Origin: Psilocybe cubensis
Taxonomy: Eukaryota
Direction of reading: 5' to 3'
Assembly: GCA_017499595.2 (NCBI GenBank)
Contig: CM038999.1
Span: 496,001 to 560,000 of the forward strand
DNA length: 64,000 nt
The position numbers and the translations under genes are program-made. The notes beneath the pieces were generated by a model, which made no database searches, was not told where the DNA came from, and was given only the letters and a program-made list of their open reading frames with translations. This document shows positions 12,368 through 25,900 of the stretch, in pieces; the stretch's first letter is position 1, and the number at the start of each line of letters is the position of its first letter.

Positions 12368-14479
12368 TTACGAGGTTGGTTGTGAAGCAGTCTTTTGCTT
12401 TTTTGAGGGTGCATTGGCGGCGTTTGGAATACCTTTGCGTTTTGGTCCTTTAGCATTCAAAGACAAAGGTGCCGCCGACACAGAACCGGTGGCATTTGGA
12501 TTGCTTTTCTGCTTTGGCGCTCCGCTCTTTGAAGTAGAAGATGCTGATTCCACAACAGAAGAGATCGCCTTTCTAGAACCATTACTGCAAATATTTTAGT
12601 ATGCAAATTGATTTAAATATTGCTGACGTACGGGTGTTTGTTGGCCTTTTTAGCAGGACCATTTCAGCGCCTTGATTGCGCAGTAGTTTGTGGCACATCA
12701 CTATTGTTGGCACCGACATTTAATAGTGAAATTGACGGATGGTTTGAGCGTGGAGGTAGTATGACAGCCTTACTCGACAATGGCTCCTGTGTTTCAGGTG
12801 TAGCGGATGGCACTGAAGGTGTCGCAGGTGTCGAATCTGGTTCTACGGCCATGGACTCCTGTGTTCCAGGTTCAGCGGATGGTGCTGAAGGTGGCTCTGG
12901 TGTTGGCAAATTGTGGGTGGATGGAGCCGGCGAAGGAGGTGTAGACGGCGGTTGAGATATGATGTCCATGTCATTTTCGTCCCAGTCGTGAGTGAATGGA
13001 TTCACGTTTGATTTCTCTGTGTCGCTCTGGTCTGTATCGCTGGTATGTTGACTAGGAGAGGCCGGTGCGGGTGCATGTGTAGAATCCAATGGCGTGTGTT
13101 GCGGCGCTAGGTTGTCGGTTGTGTTGACATGGTTGTCCGCCGTATTCCCTGGGTTATCTGTCATGCTATTCTTTTCTCCAGCAACGTATAACGTATCAAT
13201 CTCCTGGACAGATTCCTTATCCTCAAAATTGGCCAACATAGACAACGATATAAATCCTGCTTCTTCCGGAAGTGCGCATTTTTGACAATCCACTTTCGCT
13301 GTAAGTAATATGGAATAAGCAAGTGAACTAATTAGAGTGTTTTGGGTGACTTACAATAGCATTTCCGTAAGAAATCACCAAAGATAGGGAGAATGATCCT
13401 TTTATACCGCACACGCTCAGCTTTTCCAAAGTTCATTTTTGATTCTCCAGCCATAACGCCACAGTGGACACTGCATTATGTTAATCTTTAAATCATATAC
13501 ACAATATAAAATGAGGCAACGCCCACACCTGATTGTGTTCAGCATACCGCCATTTGCTGGTTCTGGTCCACCGGCCAAAAAGGTAACTTTCCAACCCGTA
13601 ATGTTGCATATTCCTTCAAGGATTGGAGCTATAAAGCTTCCAAGATTTTCAATAGCTCTAGATAAATGTTATTAGGAAGGCTCGACATCTACAAAAAGGT
13701 TTCGTACCTTTGACGATCCTCTAGAGACAATGATATACCATCCACTGCCATGTCCGCCTCATATTTTTCCATTGCCTCTTTATGTTCCTCGGATGCCCTA
13801 ACCGTCCACTTTCTTTTCTCATCAGCGCTTAACTCCTTGAATAGCCTCCGGGCAATTTCCTCTCGTGTCTTGGCGAGGTGTTTTGTTTCGACCGGTGGCA
13901 CCATGCTATTAAGTTCTTGTTCAATAGCCTCACGATTATTTTTCTCCTTTCTCCACATATTGACAGGAGTCTTGAGTCTGGGACGCGTAGACTGTTTACC
14001 GAGGAGTTGTTGTAGCAGTTGAGCATAAGGATTCACGGTGTCAGAGCCACTGGACGTTGGGTTGATCTTGTGATCTTTTTTGTATTGGTATTTGAACCAA
14101 CGTCTAATCTTCTATAATTAAAGGTGATGTAAGTTATAACGTCATGCAATAGTCGGCATGTGATGTAGAACGCTGCACTCACATCTTTTTGATTCTTATA
14201 TGCCGCCTTTCGCTTTTCCCTCAGTTGGACTGCCAGTTCACTATCTGGATCCGGTTCGTACATTTCTGGGTCTGGTTCTTCATCATTTACAGCAAGCAAT
14301 TGCTCTTTGGTAGGCTCCCACTCCTCGGACTGAGTTACGGGAAAGCGCTTGAAAAATCGCCGCTGAATATCAGCTAGGGCCTCAGCAAGACACCCTTCTT
14401 CACGCGCAGTCTGGTAGATGGCTTTCTGCGATTTCAGGAACTCAAGACGAGCACCCTTGAAATATCCAGGATGAGGCAT
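12368..14479 (-). CDS. KDZ-associated divergent HMG-box-like protein, multi-exon
   Basis: MPHPGYFKGARLEFL...LADIQRRFFKRFP N-terminus, HMG-like NMWRKE...IARRLFKELSADEKRKW, a GWKVTFLAGGPEP exon (~13530-13660) and a low-complexity, basic C-terminus. Several canonical introns. Confidence 0.7.
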
Positions 14480-14791
14480 TGATTCAATGTCTAGTTATAT
14501 GCAGTAAGTACAGCACACTTTACTTAAAGTGTCTACTTACATTAGCGATACACACTCCTTTCCGTCGGGATACTATCCTACTATCGTCAGATCTTGTCGG
14601 CCGAACTCCTCTAGTCTGGCCAATGGGAAATACTAGTCAGTTCCAACCCGTTTTTCATTTTTTTTTTGAATTCCGCTGATTTTGTCTCCCGCTTTCGCTC
14701 CATCTATTTTCCGGGCCATCTTGACCATCAACTACTATCTTCTACTGCGGTACCGTCCTACCGTGGTACTGGCTCCTGGAAGGCATTCAAA

Positions 14792-16850
14792 ATGTCTGCC
14801 AATGACATTCAAGCCTTAGGCGAGATTGGTCCTGTCTTGCAGGAACTCAATGAAACCCTGCCGGTATTTGTGTGTGTAGTCCGCGGTCCCTTGAACGAAA
14901 TCATCAATGATTATCGGTATCTTCTTTCTCTTTCTCTTCTATCTTTTTTCTGGCCTAATCAATTAATACAGTGCATACGGTGCGGACTGTTTTGTTCGTA
15001 TAACGGAGGCCGGCCTTGCCCAATTTCTTGAAGAAAGAGATCAAGCGGGAGACGTGCATTTCAGGAAGACTGTGTCAAACGATGACAACAACTCGGTTGG
15101 GGGCCTTCTACCATTTCTTGTTGTGCTGAGAGGCACCATCAATGGGGTTCTTCAAAAATCCGAGTGCGTCTACAGCAATAGATTTTCATTTTTCGAAGTC
15201 TTATCTATGAAATTCAAGGTTGTTTAAAATTGAGCATGTTCTGAGCATGCCAAAGAAGTCTGTCGACGCCTTTCTTGACTCCCAACGGACGGCTGGTAGT
15301 CTTCACCTTGTACCTGCAGCCGACCCATCCCCGTTTTCTGCATCATCTCACCTTCTTAGGTCGGGTGAAATCAGATATACGCAATGGCCTGCCTTTGGTC
15401 ATCTTGGGCCTGCTACCACTCGTATCAGACGACGAAGGCCAAAGGTTCCGCCAGTCCCAAAGCCTGATAGCGATTCTGACAGCGACTCCGTTATTGTTAT
15501 TAGATCCAAGCAATTGAATAGGCAGTCGACGTCTACCCAGTTGAGAACACCGACTTCTCTGTCCGAAGTTGGCACTCCCACTCTTAGGCGTTCCAAAAGA
15601 ATTCAAGAACTTTCGGTCGCACCAAGCTTGAGGATGACAACTTCCAGTTTGAGACAGAGAACTGTTCTCAGCACCCCCCTATCATCACATCGTTCAAAAA
15701 GGACTCAGGACCCTCCTTCCACGCCTTTGCGCCGCTCACAAAGGCTTCAAGCATACGCTGTTGAGCAGTCGTGCCGCCTTCCAGACTTTATCGTCACTGC
15801 TCCCACCTGCGACATCGAATACTTCAACGAGTTGGACAATATTGTCGACTATTACAATCCGGTTGCCTGCAACTTTCATCCCGCAGTCTTGGAGCGTATT
15901 GGAAAAGCTACTCTTGAGCTTGACAAAGTCTCAGTGGGGGTCAGCTGGAAAGCGTAGTAGCATATTTCATATTTAGTTATACATTTAGTACCTTACTATT
16001 AAATGTAACTGTGTCTAATCTAACAATAGTCATTCAACTGATCCAACCCGAATGTATGCGCCATTTGTACTTCTGCTTCTAAGATACAGTGTAGTACCAA
16101 TAGATAGAGAAGGAATAGAATACATATTGATACGATGATTCTACACATTTGTTCTCAATCGCTATCTAAGCTTGTATTGTTTATGCCAGCCCGGTCCTGC
16201 AGCTATTCGCTTTTTAATCAGACTAACAAAAAGTATTGCAAGGTTAGTAAACTGCTGTATATATATGGTAGCAGTTCCTTACCGATTGTATCGTGCCCTG
16301 CTATTAATTCTGTCCCGATGCTTCTCGCGGTACCTGGCTTGTGCCTTACGATGTTTTGCTCGAGCGATTTCTGTAGCCTCCTCGGACATGCGTTCCCTGA
16401 CAAACCATGATGCGTAAGACATATGTTAATACAAAGTTTTCTCCTACTTACTTCTGCCTCTTCTTACGCTCACGCCCTTTCCGTTTTTCTTCCATATGAT
16501 TTCTGCTAACATATTTGAGTACCACAATTATACGACATTCAAGGCACAAATTACTTACTTGTAGTATAGCAGGCGTCGTCTCAATAGATCATACTGATGA
16601 TCCGGATCTCCAGTGACATATTCTTTGCCCCGGGTTGAGTACATGCTGAGATTGTTGACCAGGAAGAGGAATCGACTTTCGGTAGTTAGCTGCCTCCCGA
16701 TGATTAAAAATGCATGCCGACATTGCCGACTTCAACTCCGATTGATCGAGGCTTCTTATTGGCAAATAAAAATAGATCTAGTTCCCAATACGGAATCGGG
16801 GCAGACATGCCATAGTCGCCAGTGGTATAAAGGATGTTCTAGGTAGTATC
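14792..16850 (+). CDS. Hypothetical, possibly degenerate multi-exon gene(s) inside the KDZ element
   Basis: MSANDIQALGEIG exon at 14792 and a 245-aa S/T/R-rich ORF at 15220-15957 with repeated TPLRRSxR. Apparent splice sites, but at least one stop or frameshift near 15030. The extent is uncertain. Confidence 0.35.
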
Positions 16851-17438
16851 TGGCTATATAAATGAAAGAAAATGATTTGAAATGGTTAAGAGATCTGATA
16901 TGAAAAAAAATTTGAGTCCATTTGGCCCAGCACAAAAAGTACTTCAATGCTCAATTTTCGCTGGAAGCTAAGCATAGATTCACGATGCTTTACCACTTGG
17001 AATTGGGAAATTCTTATGCCACTATTAGTTACAACATGTGCAATGTACTAAACTCTGCGATTTTGAATTGCTACAGATCTTAGCTTGAATTTCGCACCTT
17101 TTTTTTGTTGAGATGTTGTAAATTGAGAGAGTAATTTTGTAAACATTGCATGTATGGCATGAGTTGTGATAACGAGAATCATCGCATGCAAATTCAGCAT
17201 TTTGTTCGTTCATTATCATATGCATGATGTTACACCAAAACATTGACTAATTTATGTTCTCTAGGGTCTTATGCACCGGAATATATATAAAAACATATTG
17301 TATAACAAACAAGAACCGCAATATTGAACAATTGAAAGTATGTGATTCGAAGAGAATCACGGCACATGCAACAAAAAATCAAAATAATATTCAGTTCAAC
17401 TACTGCGCCGCCCAGAAAATCAAACAAGCAATATGATA

Positions 17439-18674
17439 CTACCCTTTGGAGATGACCGGCATCTTTTTAAGACCCTCTGTCCAACGAGCTGCCTCTTCTT
17501 GTGCATACTGAGCCAGCCCTTCAGGAGACAGTGAAGCTAGATATTCGGCTTTGGTCTTGCCTCCATATGCCACCCATCGAAAGAGGCCGCCAGCGGTATA
17601 CTGCGTGAAAGAGTACCTGCGCTCGTGGGGTGCAATAGAGACGTTGGAGCGAGAGATCAAAGCAGAAGGTAGCAAAATAGAGGATCCCGATGGGAATTCA
17701 ATTGCTATCCCAAGCTCCCATAGGATGAGCTCCAGGCTGTTCAGCCATTCGACGATAATTTTGTTGACCGTTGAATTAGAAAGATTAGATGATGCAGTTT
17801 GCCCGCCCCCATACGATACACCGCAGCGTAGCGAGATAAAGTCGCCCCAGCGGTGATGACTGTTGGAGGATGATACTGAGCACTTATTGCGGGCAACCTC
17901 TATAGCATCTGCTGCCAAATCCATCAATATGTCCCATTGAACATCATCCGGATGGCCTGCACATATAACAACGGCCCTGCCACAAGAATCCGAAACAAAC
18001 ATGGGGGTTCTTAAAGAATGTCAGGGCATTGAACACATATGATGGTCGTATACGCACCTTCCATCCCATTCAACAACCCGAATTCCCATTTTCGCTAGCT
18101 CGCTCAAGCTATACACCTTACTCGACTTCGAACGATTATTGACGCCAATGAACCCGGTGCTAGCAACACGAGAATCTGTGGCCATGTTAAACGAAGCAGA
18201 TATCTCTAGCGCACGGTCGGTGTATTTCTGTCTTGACAATTCGCATGGTTAGGATGAGGACATGTTCTTATCCTTGTCTCTGTTGCGGCGATGTGATCGT
18301 GCAGCCTGAGCAGCGGCATGCTGCCTGGCCCTTCGATGTTGAGATTTGGGTTTCTTGTTTTTTTGGGGCATGGATGCCACAGCCAAAGGAAAGGTTGTGA
18401 GATTGACGGAAGGATGTGTCGCAGTCAAACAGGATGGTTCTGTACTTGAGCTTGACACCAGACAAGGAGACGCCAGCTGAGCGATGTGGTCTGCTAGGGT
18501 GGGCGTGTGGCCTTGAGGTAATGCTGTGCTAGAAAGCAGTGGAGAGGAAGGTGGAGTTGGATCTGGGGAGGAAAGAGGGGACAGACTAATAAGGTTGCAG
18601 TCGGTTTCATACATATCGATCCACTCGGATAAGGCAGTAGTTGTGCAGAACTCGGTGTGTAGAATGTGTGGCAT
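17439..18674 (-). pseudogene. TET/JBP-family 2OG-Fe(II) dioxygenase, inactivated
   Basis: Family signatures HHRWGDF..LRCGVSYGGGQ and LILWELGIAIEFPSGSSILLPSALISRSN...RYSFTQYTAGGLFRWV. In-frame TAA at 18249-18251, HxD-containing segment absent, and distal His read as Arg (SRSN for xHSN). Confidence 0.85.
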
Positions 18675-19017
18675 CGTGAACTGGTGCAGTAGGAAAATAT
18701 ACTCTGGTGGCTCAGTGTATGTCCGGGCTCGAATATTCCTAAGCCACCAAGAGTATACGATGAGATGGGGAGTTGAAGTTGGAAGTTGAAAACGCACCTC
18801 GATGATGATCTTAAGGGCACCTGGGAATCCCTTGTTTATTGCAATGCGTCATGAGCACGTGACAGGTCGTATGACTGTCTCGCGTCCACTCCAATTTTGC
18901 GATTTGGAAATTACTGCTTGAAACTCTAATGGCGTTTTTAATGCTTCATTCATATCTTGCGAGATCTTGCCCCATCTAACACTGGGCGCCTATCGAACAT
19001 TTGATCTTTAATAAACC

Positions 19018-22000
19018 ATGTCAAACCCCCGCAAAAGACGCCGGATCGTCACAAGCACTTCGAATAAAATCTATCGCGACACAATTCCGTTACCAGACAG
19101 TTTTGGCACTGTACGTTCAAGCGAAATCACCGAAGATGGGAGAGTCGATTACTCTACGGTTATCACTGCAAGAGCATGGGAACAAGCCGGATCTTGGGAA
19201 CCTCAAGATGATACGACATTTGCATTGCAACCTAATAGCAGTGAATTTGACCAAGTTGTAGAGGCCGACTTCATGGAGCCTGATCAAGGCTTGGAGGTTG
19301 AAAACTCAATTGATGAGGATCAGGCGGGTATATCAAGCAACTTAGAGCACCCTCCACCTCTAGATAACACGCACATCCCTCTTCAAAAAGCAAAAAGAAG
19401 TTTGGTGTCGGTGAGTCTACCACATACTCGATGATTTGAGTTCCTCATTTATTTGTACACTTCCAGAGACGTCCAAATGTAGTATGGCATTCGTTATATC
19501 GACAGGCATATTTAGAGGAAATTATTCGATGGTCCGGTAGAGGCGACTTTCAGCATCTCAAAGCGTGTTCGGATTGCATTGCTCGTGGGCTCGAAACACC
19601 TGGCGCCGCAGAATATCGATGTAGAGAGTGCTTCTCTCCGGATCTTACGTATCAAACCTGCTGTGTAAAGCGGCATCGACAGCATCCCTTTCACCGTATC
19701 CAAGTAGGTTTGTTTCTTTCTGAACTTTTGACATCATGTCTTATTATCAACGCTTTCCGTTCAGAGATGGACTGGTTCAAACTTTGTCAACATCTCTCTC
19801 AAGACACTCGGCCTCGTAATACAGCTAAACCATGCAAGCTCTCGCTGCGACAACCCCATCAAATGTCACTCAAATATGCTGGTTCTCCATATCAACGGAA
19901 TTCATTCCTGCAACATTCAGTATTGCGGTTGCTCAAGAGAGATTCCACACCATATTCAGCTACTTCGCCGCCGCCTATATCCCGCGTCTCAACTCTCGGT
20001 AGAAACATGTGCAACCTTTGAGTTGCTTCGACATCTTCACAAGATTGCACTTACCACTAAAGCTTCAACGTACGACTTATATCGATGTCTAGAGAAATCG
20101 ACAACAAATATTGGCATCAATGTGCCCAAGTCTCGCTATCGCGCCCTCTTTCGAATGATTCTTCAATGGCGGCATTTGCAGATGCTGAAGTGGGCAGGCC
20201 GAGGACACGATGCTCGTGGGGCGGCAGGAACACTACCAGGAGAATTGATCGTGAAATGCCCCTCCTGTCCACACCCCGGTATCAACTTACCTGACAATTG
20301 GAAGGATGCTCCGGATAACCTAAGGTGAGTAGTAATTTTCCGGCTTTTTCTTCTGCAGTACTAAATATCCAAAGGTTCCTATATGCGGTCATGATATGTC
20401 TCGATGCAAATTTCCGCCTCAAAAATCAAATGGTATCGAACTACTCCCAGGATCCTGGCCTGGGCCTGGGACTTGCATATATGATCCACAGAGACAAATA
20501 TGAGAAATATGTAAAAAGCAAGGCGAATGAGAAGGATGTGAGTCTATAAGTCACTTGCTCATATCTTGGTGTTAATCAAGTAATTTAGATTAGCACCTGC
20601 GTTGGATTTCAAGCACTGGCAAAGGCAAATAGCAAGTTTTCGAAGGGACTGAGATATACAGGAGTTGGTATGGGTGTATGCGGGAGGTCAGAGATGATTT
20701 TAGGGGTTGGAAATCTCCACAAGGGTGAACGGTGTGTGTAGCAAGTTTCAACATATTTCAACCTGCCTAATAGTTTCTTGATTTTAGGTATGCTAACATG
20801 GATTATATTTTCGGAGTGATTCTTCAAGCAATTGCGGTCACCGCCGTTCTCGCTAGCTATGATATTGCATGTCAATGGTTTCTTAACCTCCTAAGACGGA
20901 TCCAGGAGGATTGGCCACCGGAAATCAAACCATCGTCAGCCATCCAGTTTACACCAGCAATTCCAAAACTTCACGCCTCTATGCACAAGCAGTCACACTC
21001 TAACCACGACATCTATTCCCTCAACCTCATTCCTGGTGTTGGACTATCCGATGGCGAGTGTCCGGAACGAGTTTGGGGGCCACATAATGCCCTTGGAAAT
21101 GCCACCAAGACCCAAGGCCCCGGAGCGCGACAAGATACTCTAGATGACCATTTTGGATTTTGGAACTGGATGAAATACTCGTCAATGGGTACAACCCTTT
21201 TGCGACGTTATAGGCAGGCTGTTGCGGACCGAAATATGCAGTCTGAAGGGCATCGCGGTTTAACTGAATCATTAGAAAAAGAAAACAAGGAGTTGGTTGC
21301 AACATGGGAGAAAATGTGCATTGAGTGGGAGAATGACTCTTTTCCAAAGAAAACCGCAAAAAACCCGTACTACATGCCAAGTTTTAGTGAGTTCATCCTT
21401 TACATTGAAGCGACACATTGATTCTGAAACTTTTTTTCCATTAGCTCTTTCTGAGGCCCAGGTTAAAAAGCAGCTTGCTGAGAAAGATGCAGAATACATT
21501 GCTCAAGGAGGAGCATTTCCTCACGCCACGACCGCCTCAATGTTTATTGCACTCGGGCTAGAGCTTGAGGAAGCAATGTGTGTACTTTCTGCCGCTATTA
21601 CCTTTCTTGATCTCACTGAAAATTGTATAGCCGTCGTGTACGTCGGCTTGCTAAGGGTGTTGGGTCTCAGTCAACAATCAGACAGTCTGGGTCTCTGACC
21701 GAGCAACGAAACTCGTTAGCAACTCGGATTCGTTCCTGGGAGCAGCTGCTACCTGTTTACATGCCGGGCATTTTACAGTACCGCACAGATTATCCGGTTA
21801 CCACTCGCTCTATCAATTCCGAAGACACAATCCTTTATCTTCCTTCTTTCGTACCTGAGCCTCACCGTTCTCGCATCTGTGTCCCAGGCCTGGCTCTTAT
21901 AGAGCAGGAACTCCGATTTGCACAACTCTCGGACTCGCTATCCTCCATTCGACAAATTCTTATCATCAAATCACGCATGATCGATTTCAAAAATAAGAAC

Positions 22001-22789
22001 ATTCGGGGCCAACGGGATGGGACTCGGTCGACTACAATCATTGACCGGGTACACGAAAGAGCTCGTTTTGCAGCTTCAAAGTATCGTGCTGCGCGTATCG
22101 CATATCTGGCATTAGCAGGAGAAGGTGACTGGATGGAAACATACCAGGTTTTGGAGGATAAAGATGTCCGAGGGTATCAAGACCCAAACAGGTTACGCAC
22201 GCACGTGGGCAGACGGGGTATATACGAGGATGGGCATGAGCCGATTGCTGGTGGAAGAGAGGAGGTCGAGACAGAGGACGGAGTTACACTTTTGAACCAG
22301 CCAAGGAGCAGGAGGGATGGAACTGGGGAGACGCGAAGAACCCTATCTTGGATATGGTCGGTAAATATCGGTGTCCGCTCTGAAGAAGACAAAGACGATA
22401 TTCTTCGTGTTGAGTGGGCGAAAAGCCGAGCCCGAATGATGCGTGCTAAAGAAGAGGTCATGCTGCTAAAAGAAGAAATGAGACGCACACTCGCCTTCTT
22501 GGAATACAGGAAACAGTGGTGGCTCAAACGTAAATCCGCATGGACAGGTGTCCGTAAGGATTTATTGGAAGGTATATCTGCATTTGCGATTTCTCAGGCA
22601 GATATACAGGACTCTTTGGCTCAACATTTTCGTGCCCTTTGGGCGACACCCTTGGTTGATGGATTTTCCCAGACGCAGGGGGATGATGTTGACGATGATG
22701 AGGCAGAAGGAGAAGAAATGGAGGAAGTGGAGATTCAGGATAATGATGAGGAGGATGTTGACGATATTGTAGAACACCCCCTGTTGTAG
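19018..22789 (+). CDS. CxC2-domain KDZ transposase, 8 predicted exons
   Basis: CxC2 cysteine cluster (CRECF..CCVKRHRQHPFHRIQ; NGIHSCNIQYCGC; CPSCPHPGINLP). KDZ core CLDANFRLKN, KGER/YANMDY, SYDIACQW, DGECPERVW, DTLDDHFGFWNW. C-terminal SWIW and RVEWAKSRAR..EEMRR. Exons join across canonical GT-AG introns. Confidence 0.93.
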
Positions 22790-22845
22790 CTCCTGTATCT
22801 ATTTGTCATCACAAAGAAGTCACCACAATTCTATTTTCAAATATG

Positions 22846-22866
22846 CCTGGACTCTTTAAGTCCAGG
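22846..22866 (-). terminator. Helitron 3' subterminal hairpin (rolling-circle termination signal)
   Basis: Perfect 8-bp stem cctggact-cttta-agtccagg about 50 bp downstream of the RepHel stop. On the minus strand it is followed by CATATTT rather than CTRR. Confidence 0.65.
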
Positions 22867-22917
22867 TTTAGGGTGGTAGCATTTTTCTATAAAAGGAAAT
22901 AGGTGGTCTCGTTCGGT

Positions 22918-25900
22918 CTAGATTGGTCTAGATTGTTCGACGTCGGACTTCGCTATGTTGTCCAATCTGTTTAACTCGTTGCGCAGTTCTTCAGGTAACC
23001 GATTGTATATTTTATTCTTAGGGAACCATCGTAGAACTAGTAATCCAGATATGGATTTTACTCTGGAGAGCATTACATATGCACCTTGACCTCTTGCCGT
23101 TAATAAATCAACAATTACCCTATCAAGTGTGCGACCTTGTCCTTTATAGTCTGTGTACGCATACGCTGGTATTAGTGGGACTTGTTTCCGTGTAAAGCTG
23201 TCAAACAATTTGATATGCTTTTGGTATTTAACATCTATTGAAGTCGAAGAAGGGAAAATTGGAACAACATCTTTTTCTAGCCCGTCTACTTGTATTCCAC
23301 AACCTTTGACGTGTACATACACAGCTTTGCAGTATCGACGGTATTTCTCATCCACTTCATATTTTATGTCTGTGACTATACCCTCAGTGCCATTGACTAT
23401 TTTATCATCGAATGCAATGTTTTCTGTTATCATTACTTTCATTCCAATGAAAAGAGGTAGTTTTCCAAGGGCGTCGTTTGTTTTTGTTGAAGGTAGTCTC
23501 CATAATATCTGTTGGAACTCACCTGTAATCCTTTTTTTGTGTCTCTCATCTCGTGAATAGTATATATGTGGTGATATATTTGCTTTTGTTGAATGGTACT
23601 TGATTAGCTTGGCATTCAGGATGTCTCGTACGGCCTTGTTGCCTACAATGATAGGTGCATCTCTGAACAATGCTAGTGTTTTTGGATTAGAAGCCTGTTT
23701 CTGGATAAGTCTGTTATATATATAATGGTAATCTGACTGTTCATTGTCACTTTTAATATTGTTAATATTACTTCTGCAGAGGCCCAATCTTAGTCTATCA
23801 AGAAAAAGGGCATACTTTATGTCTCTTGCGTGTCTTTCGTTTTTGACTAGTTGTATCACTGTTTTTACTTGTCTCCATAGAAATGCGCCATTTAGTTGTG
23901 ATGGTCCTGACACGTTCCGAGCTTCTGCAAAAGACGGGTTCTTCACCAATTCATTTGCATATAATGGCTTTTGTAGAGGGGGTTTTAGTTGTGCGCAGTC
24001 GCCCATAAATATTACATTAATTCCTCCGAATGGTTTATTGCTGTTAACGACGTCATCTCCTTTCCCTTGCCTAATTCTGATAGAGATTTCACTGAGGAAT
24101 TTTGCGCTTATCATTGAGGTCTCGTCTATTATTAAAGTTTTTATGTATTTCCAAATTTGAATTAGTTTAAGTTTATTGGGTTTTGCTTGTGACTGATTTG
24201 CATGAGATACTATCAGTGAGTGTAGTGTTTGTCCTCCGATCAGCACTGCCGCTATTCCGGTCGGTGCTCCTAATAATAACTCATTCCTGCGATGCAAGCG
24301 CTCGAATAACATAATCAGACATTTTATCAAATGGGATTTACCTGTACCGCCAACGCCTGCAATATGAATCAGCAACTGTTCCTTGTTGTCGGTTATGATA
24401 TGGTTACCGATGATTCGGAACGCCTTTAGCTGTTCTGGGTTATTTAAAAGTCCCATTTCTTCTGCGATGTTGTTCATGGTGTCAGTGTCTGTTATTGAAT
24501 TGTAATTATGACTTAAATCATACAAATCCTGGAGTATAGCTTGCTTGGCAATAGGTGCATAGTTCCCATTGCGATATCGTTTGGGTGGCGTAGTTATGTC
24601 GTCTGTGTCGGGTTCATGTAGCATTGCACGTTTTCTTTTTGATTTCATGATGGCGCGATGGCTTGCTAACAGATCATCCACTTCATGTGATGTTAGAGTT
24701 TGTTGGTTTACTGGAACTGATTTTTGATATTCCGTGTCCACAGCAGTTTCCGTTGTATCCAGTGGGAGACACATGTCTAGAAATCTTGAAGTTTCCTCTC
24801 CTATGTTATCTATGGAGTCGTGTAAGTTTGTTGTAAAGTCTTCGTTGGGGTTTTCAATGCATTGGAAGGGATCTGGAGAGTATACATCGTTAGGGTTGAG
24901 GGTGTCTGTATTACCTTCCGTGTCTGTTAATATTATATCCTGTACTTCATCGGACACTACATCCTCGGATGTTTTTCCACGTCTGCGCTGCCTGTGTGCG
25001 TCGCGGGCCTCGCTACATTCTGTCAAAGCTTGCATGTTCTGTATGATGCGCGTGTGTTCTAGTTTCATTGATATCTCGTAGTTATGAAATGTGTCTGTCC
25101 ATGTTTCTGATGGGGTCTTTAAATCTGATATATCCCTCCACGGTTTGAAGAGGAGTAACATGTCCCTTGCCCAGTCATCTTTTAGTTGATCAGACTTCAA
25201 TGGATTCGGAATAGAAGGGCCTAGTATAATTGGTATACAACTTTTTCTTCTGATTGTCATATAATGGGTGAAATACTCAGGGTGCTCGTCGTTTAAGAAT
25301 GATCCTAGACGTACTGCTGTTTCAATGTGTAACATTTCTTTGGTATACCGTTGTTTGATACCCCATGCTACAAAGTCATACAAACACAAATCTATGAATT
25401 TGTCGTTCGCTGGTCTTAAACAATAGTCCAGTCGTTGGTTGGACGCCGTTATGTCTCTGTCACCCATATTTAACTCAACTGACTCTTCGTTTTCTTGTTC
25501 GTTGGTATTGCTTACGTCGTCTAATGTGCTGTTGTTGGGCGTCTGATTGGATTTAGTGTGATGAGACATGCAAAACCTTCTTATACTGTGCCATTTGAGT
25601 ATAGCAAATTTGTGAGATGTGTAGTGGTCGCCTCCGCCTACTAGATAGCTCATTACTTGTGGTTGTGATATTTCCTGTCTGCCCATCATACTATTAACAG
25701 CTGTTATGATGGCACCCACTGTTTGATTGTCTGATATTTCTGATTGATTTGCGGACATTTTGCTGTACGCTTTACTTACAGCATACGACAACGCGGCCAT
25801 ACCTGCATGAACTGGTAGAGATGCCTTTGTTATATAATCAGTAACATAGTACAAGAACGCTTTTGCTGCATCTCCTGACCCTACGAATTTAATGTCCATG

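Larger units (their letters stand above)
11253..22838. mobile_element. Kyakuja-Dileera-Zisupton (KDZ) DNA transposon carrying HMG-like, TET/JBP and CxC2-KDZ genes; right end not found
   Basis: Carries the gene triad known from basidiomycete KDZ elements. The left edge coincides with the F-box truncation, a hairpin and subterminal repeats. The right side abuts a Helitron 3' hairpin. Boundaries are inferred. Confidence 0.7.
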
